Source of the DNA: Candidatus Eiseniibacteriota bacterium | GTDB lineage: Bacteria; Eisenbacteria; RBG-16-71-46 | Reading direction: 5' to 3' | DNA length: 64,000 nt | Assembly: GCA_963717935.1 (NCBI GenBank) | Contig: CAVQXP010000003.1 | Coordinates: 40,203 to 104,202, forward strand | Shown: positions 10,292 through 19,818 of the stretch, in pieces | Layout: the number at the start of each line of letters is the position of its first letter | Numbering within the stretch: the stretch's first letter is position 1 | Made by a program: the position numbers and the translations under genes | Notes under the pieces: generated by a model | Seen by the model: only the letters and a program-made list of their open reading frames with translations | Database searches by the model: none | What the model was told of the DNA's origin: nothing

Positions 10292-12733
10292 TCAGGGTGG
10301 CGAATCGACGCCCGCTGCCGCCGCCGAGTCCGGCGCAGCGGCAAGCGAGTCGCCCTCCGCGCCGAGGCTGTCCGCGGGCGGATGGAACACGCCGCAGACG
10401 CGGGTCGGCGCCGTACCGGGCAGGAAGGGCACGCGCAGGGCGGGGCAGTCGCCGCGCGCCAGCAGCCCGGTCCAGGGGTCGATCCAGGCCGGCGTGAGCC
10501 CGGCGTCGCCGGGGAAGGGCTCGTCCGGGAAGCCCTCCAGCATGGCTCCCATGATCCCGGCCCAGATCGGGAGCGCGACCTCCGCGGCCGGGCGCCGCAG
10601 GGTCCGCGGCGTGTCGTAGCCCACCCAGGTGCCGGCGACGAGATCCGGCACGAAGCCCACGAACCAGGCGTCGTGGTAGTCGTTGGTCGTGCCGGTCTTG
10701 CCGCCTGCGGGGCGCAGGAAGCCGTACACGGAGCGCAGCGGGTAGGAGACGCCGAAGATGACCACGTCCTCGAGCAGTCCGGTCATGAGGTCGGCGGTCG
10801 CGGCCGGCAGCACCTGCACCGCCGGAGCGGTGCGCGGGAGCAGGTCCCGCCCCGTGGCGTCCAGCACCGCGCGTACCGGCGTTGGGTCGTGCCGCACGCC
10901 GCGTCCCGGGAAGACGCTGTAGGCGCTGGTGAGGGCCAGCAGCGTGGCCTCGTTGGTGCCCAGCCCGATGCTCGCGACGGGTTTGAGTTTCCCGAGGCCG
11001 AAGCGCTCGGCGTAGCGCGCCACCTGCCTCGCACCGATCGCCTCGACCAGGTTCGCGGTCGCCACGTTGAGCGACTTGACGAGCGCCTTCGCGAGCGTGA
11101 CCTCCGGGTGATACTCGTCCCTGTCGTTGCGCGGCTTCCACACGGTGTCGCCCGCGGCGAACTCGCGCCTCAGGTCGGGCACGGTGGAGCCGGGGCCGAA
11201 TCGCGGCGGTCCGCGCCCGGGATCGAGCGCGGCCGCGTACACGATGGGCTTGATCGCCGAGCCGGTCTGGCGGCGTGCCCGGGTCGCGCGGTTGAAGTCA
11301 CCGGTCCCGGCTGCGCGTCCGCCCACCACGGCGCGCACGAAGCCGGTCGCCGGATCGAGCGCGACGAATGCGCCCTGCAGCGGCCGGGGCCCGCGCCCGC
11401 TCCAGCGCTCGAGCGAGTCCACGCCGGCCGCGAGCCCCCGCTCGGCCTCGGCCTGCCAGACCAGGTCGAGCGGGGTGAACACCGAAAGGCCCCAGTGCTC
11501 GGCGGCGCCTTCGGGCAGGCGCTCGGAGAGATGCTGGCGCACGTAGCCCACGTAGCTCGGGAAGAACCCCGGAGGGGGCGGGCCGCGGCGCACGGCCAGC
11601 GGGCGGGCCCGGAGCCGCGCAGCCGTGCCGGCGTCGAGCGTGCCCGTGGCCACCAGGTCGCCGAGCACGGAGTTGCGCTGCACCAGCGCCCGGCGCGGGT
11701 CGTGGAACGGCGAGTAGGCGTTGGGTGCCGGGATGAGACCCGCGAGCAGCGCGGACCGCGCCACGTCGAGCGACTCGACCGGCGCGTCGAAGTACCAGCG
11801 CGCAGCCTCGGCCACGCCCGCCACGCCCCCTGACCCGTTCTGTCCCCAGTAGACCGAGTTCAGGTACATCTCGAGGATCTCGTCCTTCGAGAGCAGGGCC
11901 TCGAGCCCCACGGCGATCATCGCCTCGGAGAGCTTGCGGCTCCAGGTGCGCTCGCGCCCGAGGAAGAGCCCGCGCGCCAGTTGCTGCGTGATGGTGCTGC
12001 CGCCCTGGCGCACACCGCCCGCCTGCACGTTGGTGACGAGGGCGCGGAAGTTGCCGCGCAGGTCCAGCCCCCAGTGATGGCGGAAGCGGCGGTCCTCCGA
12101 GGCCACCACCGCCTCACGCAGGGCGCGCGGGATGCGCGCGAGCGGCACCCAGGTGCGCAGGACACGGTGCTCGTCGGCCAGCAGCGCCACGGCCAGGGGC
12201 TCGAGACGGGCCGGCCGCGAGGTATCGGGGGGCGCCGCCGGGGAGAGACCGCCCAGGCGCCGCACCGCGACGAGCCGGCCGCCCGCGAGCCGCAGGCGCA
12301 CGCGCTCGGGTCCGCCCGCGCCGTCGGGGTCGTGCGTGGCCGCGAAGCCGCGCAGGAGGATCTCGAAACCGTCCGGCACGACGCGATACTCGCCCGGCAC
12401 GGCGGGGGCAGCGGCCTCGCGGTAGCCGCGTGCGTCGAGTTGCGCGCGCAGGTAGGTCCCGGGGCACGCGCGGCCCGGTGCGAGAGCCACGCCATCGGAG
12501 TAGACGCGCGAGGGGAATGACCACGACGGCCCGGTGGCGTGCCGCGCGCGCAGGGCCCGCACCTTGATGGCGAGGTGCACGAAGCCGGCGAGCGCGCCCA
12601 GCGCCAGGAGGACGAGCCCGGCGAACGCGGCCGAACGCCACGGCCGGGCGCGCACGAGCGCGCGCAGCGCGGCGAGCGGCGCCCCGCGGGCGCCGGGGCC
12701 GGAGCCACCCGGTGATTCGTGTCGAGTCGTCAT
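10292..12733 (-). CDS. Class A penicillin-binding protein (PBP1A family, transglycosylase/transpeptidase)
   Basis: It has an N-terminal TM segment, GT51 motifs EDRRFRHHWG..GGSTITQQLAR, and transpeptidase motifs SAIKP.. and ..KTGTTN. Confidence 0.9.
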   Translation of the reverse strand: MTTRHESPGGSGPGARGAPLAALRALVRARPWRSAAFAGLVLLALGALAGFVHLAIKVRALRARHATGPSWSFPSRVYSDGVALAPGRACPGTYLRAQLDARGYREAAAPAVPGEYRVVPDGFEILLRGFAATHDPDGAGGPERVRLRLAGGRLVAVRRLGGLSPAAPPDTSRPARLEPLAVALLADEHRVLRTWVPLARIPRALREAVVASEDRRFRHHWGLDLRGNFRALVTNVQAGGVRQGGSTITQQLARGLFLGRERTWSRKLSEAMIAVGLEALLSKDEILEMYLNSVYWGQNGSGGVAGVAEAARWYFDAPVESLDVARSALLAGLIPAPNAYSPFHDPRRALVQRNSVLGDLVATGTLDAGTAARLRARPLAVRRGPPPPGFFPSYVGYVRQHLSERLPEGAAEHWGLSVFTPLDLVWQAEAERGLAAGVDSLERWSGRGPRPLQGAFVALDPATGFVRAVVGGRAAGTGDFNRATRARRQTGSAIKPIVYAAALDPGRGPPRFGPGSTVPDLRREFAAGDTVWKPRNDRDEYHPEVTLAKALVKSLNVATANLVEAIGARQVARYAERFGLGKLKPVASIGLGTNEATLLALTSAYSVFPGRGVRHDPTPVRAVLDATGRDLLPRTAPAVQVLPAATADLMTGLLEDVVIFGVSYPLRSVYGFLRPAGGKTGTTNDYHDAWFVGFVPDLVAGTWVGYDTPRTLRRPAAEVALPIWAGIMGAMLEGFPDEPFPGDAGLTPAWIDPWTGLLARGDCPALRVPFLPGTAPTRVCGVFHPPADSLGAEGDSLAAAPDSAAAAGVDSPP

Positions 12734-13058
12734 GAGGATCGTTCCGGAACGCGTCCAGGGTCAGGGAACTGTGAGGAGTTCCCGACAGACTAGCGGCAAG
12801 GGCGGGAAGGCGCACGCCGGCGGGCGGAGCGCGCCGGCGCGCGGGCCCGGGTGGCGCAAGTCGCGACGGCGCAGCCGACAGGGCGCTCCGGCGCCCGGGC
12901 TCGCGGCCGGGCCCGACGGTCCCGTCCGGGTGCCCGGGGAAGCTCGCGCAGGAGCCCGAACGGACCGGGCGCACCGCGCGTCCAGGAATCCCATCCTAGG
13001 AGGACTCATCCATAGTGGGGAGGGCCGCCACTTGACTTGAGCGACAACGGAGGATGCG

Positions 13059-13367
13059 ATGGCAGGGCGTGAGCGGGGTGGCTTCGCGGCGATGAACCGC
13101 GAAAAACAACAGGAGATCGCTCGGCGTGGGGGCCGCGCTGCGCACCAGAAGGGCACTGCGCACGAGTTCACGCCTGATGAAGCGCGCGCCGCGGGCCGCA
13201 AGGGCGGCATGTCCGTGAGCCAGGATCGAGATCACATGTCCCGTATCGGTCGGGCCGGGGGCCTGAGCTCCCGCTTGAACCTTCGCAGCGGTGACCCGGC
13301 ACCGTCCACGGATGCGAGCCAGCAGCCTGCCGGTGACCTGGAGGCTGACGACCCACCGGTCGCCTAG
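13059..13367 (+). CDS. KGG-repeat general stress protein (YciG-like)
   Basis: Repeated ..ARRGG.A.HQKG.. / ..AAGRKGG.. / ..IGRAGG.. motifs. RBS GGAGGA precedes the ATG. Confidence 0.7.
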   Translation: MAGRERGGFAAMNREKQQEIARRGGRAAHQKGTAHEFTPDEARAAGRKGGMSVSQDRDHMSRIGRAGGLSSRLNLRSGDPAPSTDASQQPAGDLEADDPPVA

Positions 13368-13650
13368 CAAGGGCGGCCGCCTGACGGGAAGGTCGTGGCC
13401 GCGGAGCCACGACCGACGGGCCGGCAGGGGCAGTCTGGGCTTGTCGGGGCTGCCGACGCCGGTCCACTCGTACGAGATTCAGCTTGGAGAACGCCGTTGC
13501 CGGTAGGAGACTTCCAGCCGGGCGGCCCGCATGGCTGCCGTGTGCGGATTCCCCTTCATCAGCCGCGAGGTCCCTCGGGATGATCGCTCGATCGTCATTC
13601 GGGACCGGATGCGGTCCCGGCGCCGCCGCAGCGCGCGGGAGCGCTTCTCC

Positions 13651-15609
13651 ATGAGCGTCCCGGTGCGCATCCTGTTCGTCGAGGATTCCCGCGACGACGT
13701 GGATCTGGTCCTCCACGAGCTGCGCCGCAGCGGCTTCACGCCCGATTACTGGGTCGTGGAGACCGAGGAGGCGATGCGCCGGGCGCTGGCCGACGAGCGC
13801 TGGGACCTGATCATCGCCGACCACGCCATGCCGCACTTCGACGCTCCCGGCGCGCTGGCCGTGCTCCAGCGGAGCGGGCTGGACCTGCCGCTCATCGTGG
13901 TCTCGGGCCACATCGGCGAGGAGCAGGCCGTGGCCTGCATGAGGGCGGGGGCCAGCGACTACCTCACCAAGGACAACCTGGCCCGGCTGGTGCCCGCGGT
14001 CGAGCGCGAGTTGCGCGAGGCCGCCCAGCGGCGCGAGGCGATGGCGGCGCTGAGCACCAGCGAGGAGCGCTACCGGCTGCTGGTGGAGAACTCCGCCGAC
14101 ATGATCACGCTCCAGGACGGCCGGGGAGTCATCACCTTCGCGAGCCCCTCCGTCAGCCAGGTGCTCGGGTTCCCGCCCGCGAAGATCCTGGGCCGGAAGC
14201 TGCGTGATCTGGTCCACGAGGACGACGCGAAGATCCTGGAGGCGGCGCTGGACGAGGTGCTCGCCCACGGCTTCACCCCGCTGATCACGGGACTGCGGTT
14301 TCGTCACCGCGACGGTACCTGGCGCATCGTCGAGGGCAGCGCGGTGCGGATGGTCGAGCCCGGCGGCAAGGTTGGCATCGTCACCACGGGGCGGGACATC
14401 ACCGAGCGCATCCAGTTCGAGGCACAGCTGCACCAGGCCCAGAAGATGGAGGCAGTCGGCCGGCTGGCCGGGGGCGTGGCTCACGGCTTCAACAACCTGC
14501 TCACCGTGATCCAGGGGTACAGCAACCTGCTGCTCGACCAGCTCGACGAGAACCACGTCCTCCACCAGGAGGTGGCCGAGATCAAGCGCGCGGCGGACCG
14601 GGCCGCGACCCTGACGCAGCAACTCCTGACGTTCGGCCGCAAGCCGGTCCTGAGCCTGCGCCCCGTGGACCTCAACCAGATCATCGGAGCGCTGGTCGCC
14701 AGGCTGCGCCAGCTCGCCGGCGAGGGGGTCGAGCTCACGACGAAGCTCGCGGCCGACCTCGCCCCGGTCCGGGTGGATCCCGGCCAGGTCGAGCAGGTGG
14801 TCGTGAACCTGACGACGAACGCGAGCGACGCCATGCCGCAAGGTGGCGTGCTCTCGATCGAGACCGCGAACGTGGAATTGGACGCCGCCAGCGCGCGGCG
14901 CTGCGCCGTGCAGCCCGGGTCCTTCGTCCTGCTCGCCGTGACGGATACGGGAGCGGGCATGGACGCGGCCACGCAGGCCCGTCTCTTCGAGCCCTTCTTC
15001 ACGACCAAGGAGCCGGGCAAGGGCCTGGGGCTCGGGCTCTCCAGCGTGTACGCGATCGCGCGCCAGTGCGGGGGCGGCGTCCTTGTCTCCAGCGAGCCGG
15101 GACGCGGGAGCAGTTTCAGGATCTACCTGCCTCGCGTCGAGGGTCAAGCCGAGGCGCGGCCGCCGAAGCTGGCTCCCCACCAGGCCCGTGGCGACGAGAC
15201 CATCGTGTTGGTCGAGGATGATCTGCTCGTGAAGAACCTGGTGCACGACGTATTGCGCAAGAACGGTTACCAGGTGATGGAGTTCGTCAATGGCCGTGAG
15301 GCGCTGGCCCGGGTGAAGAGCCACAGTGGACTCATCCACCTGCTCGTCACCGACGTGGTGATGCCGGGCATGAGCGGCATCGAGCTGGCTCGCCAGCTCG
15401 CGCCGGGCCGCCCGGAGATGCGCGTCCTCTTCTTCTCCGGGTACACCGATGACCTGGTCGAGCGCCAGGGCGCGCTGCAGCCCGGGCGTGACTTCCTGCA
15501 GAAGCCGTTCACCCCGGACACGCTGCTGCGCAGAGTGCGCGCGCTGCTCGATGCGCCGGCTCTCGTCGCGGACGAGGGCGCCGCCCCGCCCGGCTCGCGC
15601 GACGACTGA
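13651..15609 (+). CDS. Hybrid sensor histidine kinase (REC-PAS-HisKA-HATPase-REC)
   Basis: N-terminal receiver (ILFVEDS..DLIIADHAMP), a PAS region, an H-box-like GGVAHGFNNLL, N/G boxes (NLTTNASDAM, DTGAGM, GKGLGLGLS), and a C-terminal receiver (VLVEDD..LLVTDVVMPGMSG). The start could also be 13531 or 13609. Confidence 0.85.
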   Translation: MSVPVRILFVEDSRDDVDLVLHELRRSGFTPDYWVVETEEAMRRALADERWDLIIADHAMPHFDAPGALAVLQRSGLDLPLIVVSGHIGEEQAVACMRAGASDYLTKDNLARLVPAVERELREAAQRREAMAALSTSEERYRLLVENSADMITLQDGRGVITFASPSVSQVLGFPPAKILGRKLRDLVHEDDAKILEAALDEVLAHGFTPLITGLRFRHRDGTWRIVEGSAVRMVEPGGKVGIVTTGRDITERIQFEAQLHQAQKMEAVGRLAGGVAHGFNNLLTVIQGYSNLLLDQLDENHVLHQEVAEIKRAADRAATLTQQLLTFGRKPVLSLRPVDLNQIIGALVARLRQLAGEGVELTTKLAADLAPVRVDPGQVEQVVVNLTTNASDAMPQGGVLSIETANVELDAASARRCAVQPGSFVLLAVTDTGAGMDAATQARLFEPFFTTKEPGKGLGLGLSSVYAIARQCGGGVLVSSEPGRGSSFRIYLPRVEGQAEARPPKLAPHQARGDETIVLVEDDLLVKNLVHDVLRKNGYQVMEFVNGREALARVKSHSGLIHLLVTDVVMPGMSGIELARQLAPGRPEMRVLFFSGYTDDLVERQGALQPGRDFLQKPFTPDTLLRRVRALLDAPALVADEGAAPPGSRDD

Positions 15610-15705
15610 GCCTCGCGCCCGTCGCCGCCGCCTTCTTCCGGCCGGGGCCCCCACGGCCGGGAGGGGGCGTTCTCTTCCCCCTCATGTTGTGGCAGAGTGC
15701 GCGGC

Positions 15706-17652
15706 ATGACGATGCCCGACCCCCAGCGCGCGCGGACTCTCTTCGTCACGGCCTTCGGGCGGGCTCCCGTGCCGCCCGGCCCGTGGCGCCACCTGGTCGT
15801 GGTGGACGTGCCGCGCCAGCGGCTCGTGCTGCTCGACCGGCAGGGTGAAGGACTCGCCGAGTACCGGGTGTCCACCGCGGCCGCGGGGATCGGCGGCGAG
15901 GCGGGCTCGCTCCGGACACCTCCCGGTCTCCACCGCATCCACGCCCGGATCGGCGCGGGCCAGCCCGCGGGCGCGGTCTTCGCGAGCCGCGAGCCGACCG
16001 GCGAGATCTGGCGCGGCGAACTGCGCGGCGACGATCTCATCCTCTCGCGCGTGATCACGCTCGACGGCCTCGAGGCGGGTGTGAACCGCGGGCCGGGGCG
16101 CGATTCGCTCGAGCGCTTCATCTACCTGCACGGCACGAATCACGAGGCCGCGCTGGGCGAGCCCGCCTCGCATGGCTGCGTCCGGCTGGGCAACGAGGAC
16201 GTGATCGAGTTGTTCGACCGCGTGGCCGAGGGCGACCTGGTGGCGGTGCTGGGCGAGGTGCCCGTCCCCGACTGGCGGCGCGGGCGCTTCCACTACGCCG
16301 GGCTCGGCGGCAGCGGCATGAGCGCGCTCGCCCAGTTCCAGGTCATGCGCGGCGGTGTTGCGAGCGGCAGCGACCGGGCCTTCGACCGTGGCGAGCGCTC
16401 CGGCGCTCGCGCGCAGCTCGAGCGCCTGGGCATCCGCGTCACGTCCCAGGACGGCAGCGGGCTCGAAGGTGCGGGAGCCCTCGTGGTCTCGACCGCGGTC
16501 GAGCGCGAGGTGCCGGACTATGCGACGGCCCGCCGGCTGGGCGTGCCCGTCGTGCACCGCTCGGAGCTGCTTGCGCGCTTCGTCGCCGACCATCGCGCCA
16601 TCGCGGTCACCGGCACCAGCGGCAAGTCCACCGTGGTGGCCATGATCTTCGAGATCCTGCGCGGCGTTGGGCGCGACCCCTCGGTCATCACCGGCGGCGA
16701 CCTGGTGATGCTCCAGCGGCAGGGCCTGTGGGGGAACGCCTGGGCCGGGCGCTCGGACCTGCTCGTGGTGGAGGCCGACGAGAGCGACGGTTCGGTCGTG
16801 CGTTACGAACCCGCGGTGGGCGTGGTCCTGAACCTGCAGCGCGACCACCGGGAGATGGACGAGGTGGCCGCGATGTTCCGCGCGTTCCGCGGGCGCGCCC
16901 GCGAAGCGTTCGTGGTGGGGGAGGGCGCGAACCTCGCGGTGCTCGCGGTGGGCGCGGTCGTGTTCGGCGTGGGTCCGGCGGCCGGCGTGCGCGGTGTGGA
17001 CGTGGCGCTCGATCCGGGCAGTTCCGCTTTCACCGTCGAGGACGTGCGCTTCACGCTCCCCGTGCCCGGGCGCCACAACGTCGAGAACGCGCTGGCCGCG
17101 ATCGCCGCCTGCCGCGCGGTGGGCGTGCCGCTCGCGGGGATGGCGGCGCCGCTCGCGCGCTTCCAGGGCGTGGGCCGGCGCTTCCAGTCGCTGGGCACGG
17201 CGCGCGGCGTCGAGGTCGTGGACGACTTCGCCCACAACCCGGCCAAGATCGCCGCGGCCCTCGCGACCGCCCAGGCACGGGCCGCATCTGGCGGCGGGCG
17301 CGTGCTCGCCGTCTACCAGCCGCACGGCTACGGCCCCACGCGCTTCCTGCGGCGCGATTTCGTCGAGACGTTCGCGGCCGCGCTGCGTCCCGCGGACCGG
17401 CTCTGGATGCTGGAGGTGTTCTACGCCGGCGGGAGCGCCACGCGCGACTTCTCCGCCGCCGACATCGTGGGCGAGATCGCCGCGCGCGGCGTGGCGGCGG
17501 AGTTCGCGGAGTCGCGCGCATGGCTGACCGAGCGCATCGCCGGGGAGGCGCGGGAGGGCGACCTCGTCATCGTGATGGGAGCGCGCGACCCGTCGCTCAC
17601 GCAGTTGGCGCGCGACACGCTGGCGAGGCTGGGGGGCGGGTCGGGCGCCTGA
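15706..17652 (+). CDS. Fusion protein: YkuD (L,D-transpeptidase fold) domain plus MurC/Mpl-family Mur ligase
   Basis: The N-terminal ~180 aa carry the YkuD active site ..LHGTN....G.PASHGCVRL. The rest is MurC/Mpl-like (HYAGLGGSGMSALA, P-loop VTGTSGKST, EADESDGS, GRHNVENALAA, DDFAHNPAKI). No signal peptide or TM segment was seen. GTG 15697 and ATG 15712 are alternative starts. Confidence 0.8.
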   Translation: MTMPDPQRARTLFVTAFGRAPVPPGPWRHLVVVDVPRQRLVLLDRQGEGLAEYRVSTAAAGIGGEAGSLRTPPGLHRIHARIGAGQPAGAVFASREPTGEIWRGELRGDDLILSRVITLDGLEAGVNRGPGRDSLERFIYLHGTNHEAALGEPASHGCVRLGNEDVIELFDRVAEGDLVAVLGEVPVPDWRRGRFHYAGLGGSGMSALAQFQVMRGGVASGSDRAFDRGERSGARAQLERLGIRVTSQDGSGLEGAGALVVSTAVEREVPDYATARRLGVPVVHRSELLARFVADHRAIAVTGTSGKSTVVAMIFEILRGVGRDPSVITGGDLVMLQRQGLWGNAWAGRSDLLVVEADESDGSVVRYEPAVGVVLNLQRDHREMDEVAAMFRAFRGRAREAFVVGEGANLAVLAVGAVVFGVGPAAGVRGVDVALDPGSSAFTVEDVRFTLPVPGRHNVENALAAIAACRAVGVPLAGMAAPLARFQGVGRRFQSLGTARGVEVVDDFAHNPAKIAAALATAQARAASGGGRVLAVYQPHGYGPTRFLRRDFVETFAAALRPADRLWMLEVFYAGGSATRDFSAADIVGEIAARGVAAEFAESRAWLTERIAGEAREGDLVIVMGARDPSLTQLARDTLARLGGGSGA

Positions 17653-17749
17653 CCGGGGCCCCGCGCCGAAGCCGGGACGTGGGTCCGGGCCGCGGCTTGT
17701 CGGGCAGATCAGGGCCTCTGGCCATGGACCCGCCGCTCGGAGCGGCGGG

Positions 17750-19498
17750 CTATTGCTGGTCGCGCACCAGAGACTCAAATGCGGCCAACCGCTCCGGATC
17801 CGCCACATTGTTGAAGTAGAAGCATCTGAACATCGCGTAGTCGCGGCGCACGATGGAATCCGGCAGGGAGCCCGCGCGGGCGATGTACCGGTCAAGGGCG
17901 GTGGGAACGTCGGCGAATCGAGCGCCGCGACGGGCCAGCTCGGCCATCAGGGCGGGCTCCCAGCGGAGCACGCAGGCGACCTCGCCGTCGAGGTCGACCT
18001 CCAGGGGAGAGATGCTGTCCGCCAGGGCGAGCGCCGGCACGACGATCGGATCCAGCCCGAAATTGACCTTCCTCTCGTCGAGCAGGTAGGCGGCCGTGGG
18101 CCTCTTCTCGTGTCCTATCCGCCCGCGCTCCGTCAGGGGTTGCCGGGCGATGGCCCGGTCGGTCAGGCCTGTCGAGCACTCGATCGCCACCGGCACCTTC
18201 GAGTAGTAGATCACCCGGGTGTCGGCCCCCATGAAGACGGCCCTCACCGGCAGCCCGCGCAGGTAGCGAGCCATGACTTCGCCTCTTCTGCGGAGCTCCC
18301 TGCACTTCTCCGGTGCGTAGTAGAGCCTCTCGTTCACGATCCCGTCGACCCAGCCTTCTCCGGAGAACGGATAGGGCGTGCACGCGACTCCCAGCAGCAA
18401 GCCTGCCGCGGCCGCGAACTTCGCGAACGTACCCTTCGGCACCAGACGCAGGACGGCAAGCTCGGTGAGGATGAGATAGAAGGGCGTCACGGGGATCAGC
18501 AGGCGGGCGAACATGAAGTCGCCGCCCACGCGAACGACGTAGAACGTGTAGGGGAGCGCCAGGGACAGGGCCAGCAGCGCCTCCGTCCTCCATCCCATCG
18601 CAGGTCCCGTGGGCTTGCCCCTTCGTGTCCGAGCCGGCAGGGCCGCGAGGACTGCTGCTGCCACGGTGCCCACTGCCAGCACCCAGTACTTGGAGAAGAA
18701 GAGCCGAGTGTAGGTCCAGCCCTGCGAGTACCAGGCCAGCGCAGCGGACTTGGCGTAGTAGGGATTGGGGAAGAAGTCACCGTAATACCAGAGTCTCCAC
18801 GCGATGAGGGGGAGCGACACTGCAAGGAACCCGGCGCCGAAGGCCACGGCCGGCCAGGGCCTGGCGCGTCCGGTCACGAGCACGAACAGGCCCACGGCGA
18901 CCGCCAGGAGCACGCCGTCCGGCCGAGTCAGCGCAGCCACGCCGAAGATGAACCCACCCCATCCGAGCCGTGACGGTCTCGCGGTTCCGCCGGCGACGAC
19001 GACGAAACCGAGTACGGCAAGGAACGTGAAGAGCGAGGTCTCCAGCCCGCTGGTGGCGTAGACGTTCCAGTCGGCGTGCACCGCGGCGAGCAGCGCCGCG
19101 AGCGGGACCACGATGGAGCTTCCCCCCGATGCCCGCGCACGCTGCAGGCTGCGCAGGCCCAGGAGCAGGATGCTGCCCGCGTAGAAGGCGATTCCCCACG
19201 CGACGGACCAGGCCTCCGGGTCGAATCCCAGCCGGATGCCCAGCGCGGCCCAGAGCGTCCACAGGAGGTTGCTGTAGCCCTCGACCCGTTCGCCGGCATT
19301 GAACACCAGGCCCAACCCGTGGACGAGGTTCTCGGCGTACCGGAACGAGATGAACGCGTCGTCGCAGATCCACGCCACGTGCCGGGCCGCGATGATTCCC
19401 CAAACGACGGCAAGGGTGGCACCTGCAGTGACGGAAACATCGCGGGCAGTGGATGGCCGCATCGCGGCGAGCTTGAGCCAGATGCTCGTCCTGGCCAC
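17750..19498 (-). CDS. Polytopic GT-C-like membrane glycosyltransferase (family unresolved)
   Basis: 582 aa with many TM segments, an N-terminal loop motif ..CDDAFISFRYAENL.., and a soluble domain of about 200 aa at the C-terminus. Confidence 0.6.
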   Translation of the reverse strand: MARTSIWLKLAAMRPSTARDVSVTAGATLAVVWGIIAARHVAWICDDAFISFRYAENLVHGLGLVFNAGERVEGYSNLLWTLWAALGIRLGFDPEAWSVAWGIAFYAGSILLLGLRSLQRARASGGSSIVVPLAALLAAVHADWNVYATSGLETSLFTFLAVLGFVVVAGGTARPSRLGWGGFIFGVAALTRPDGVLLAVAVGLFVLVTGRARPWPAVAFGAGFLAVSLPLIAWRLWYYGDFFPNPYYAKSAALAWYSQGWTYTRLFFSKYWVLAVGTVAAAVLAALPARTRRGKPTGPAMGWRTEALLALSLALPYTFYVVRVGGDFMFARLLIPVTPFYLILTELAVLRLVPKGTFAKFAAAAGLLLGVACTPYPFSGEGWVDGIVNERLYYAPEKCRELRRRGEVMARYLRGLPVRAVFMGADTRVIYYSKVPVAIECSTGLTDRAIARQPLTERGRIGHEKRPTAAYLLDERKVNFGLDPIVVPALALADSISPLEVDLDGEVACVLRWEPALMAELARRGARFADVPTALDRYIARAGSLPDSIVRRDYAMFRCFYFNNVADPERLAAFESLVRDQQ

Positions 19499-19818
19499 AG
19501 CGAAGCCCCCCCAGGGCTGAAGACGCGGGCAGGTGATGCCCCGGAGCCCGCCGGCTCCGGACTCTCGCTTGCGTCGAGCCCTCTGCTATCCTCAACAGAT
19601 GGGGGAAGGGCGCGCGCCCGAAGTTTACCTGCATCGCGCCTGAGTGTCACGAGCTAATCCCTCCGGGGTGCCCTGGAGGTCGGACGGATCCAACCAGACC
19701 GTCCCGGCAAGGTCGACGTGGCCGGGGCCGACGCGGCCGTTCTACCGCCGGGGACGTGCGTCGGCCCGCCGCCAGCTCACCGGGCCTGGCCTTCGGAATC
19801 CGTATGTGAAAGGCGTGC

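Noticed and set aside
12734-13058. Regulatory RNA or riboswitch in the 325-nt spacer upstream of the KGG stress gene
   Set aside because: Apart from one 7-bp hairpin (GGGAACT..AGTTCCC) and a TTGACT hexamer, I could not recognise any known riboswitch core by eye.
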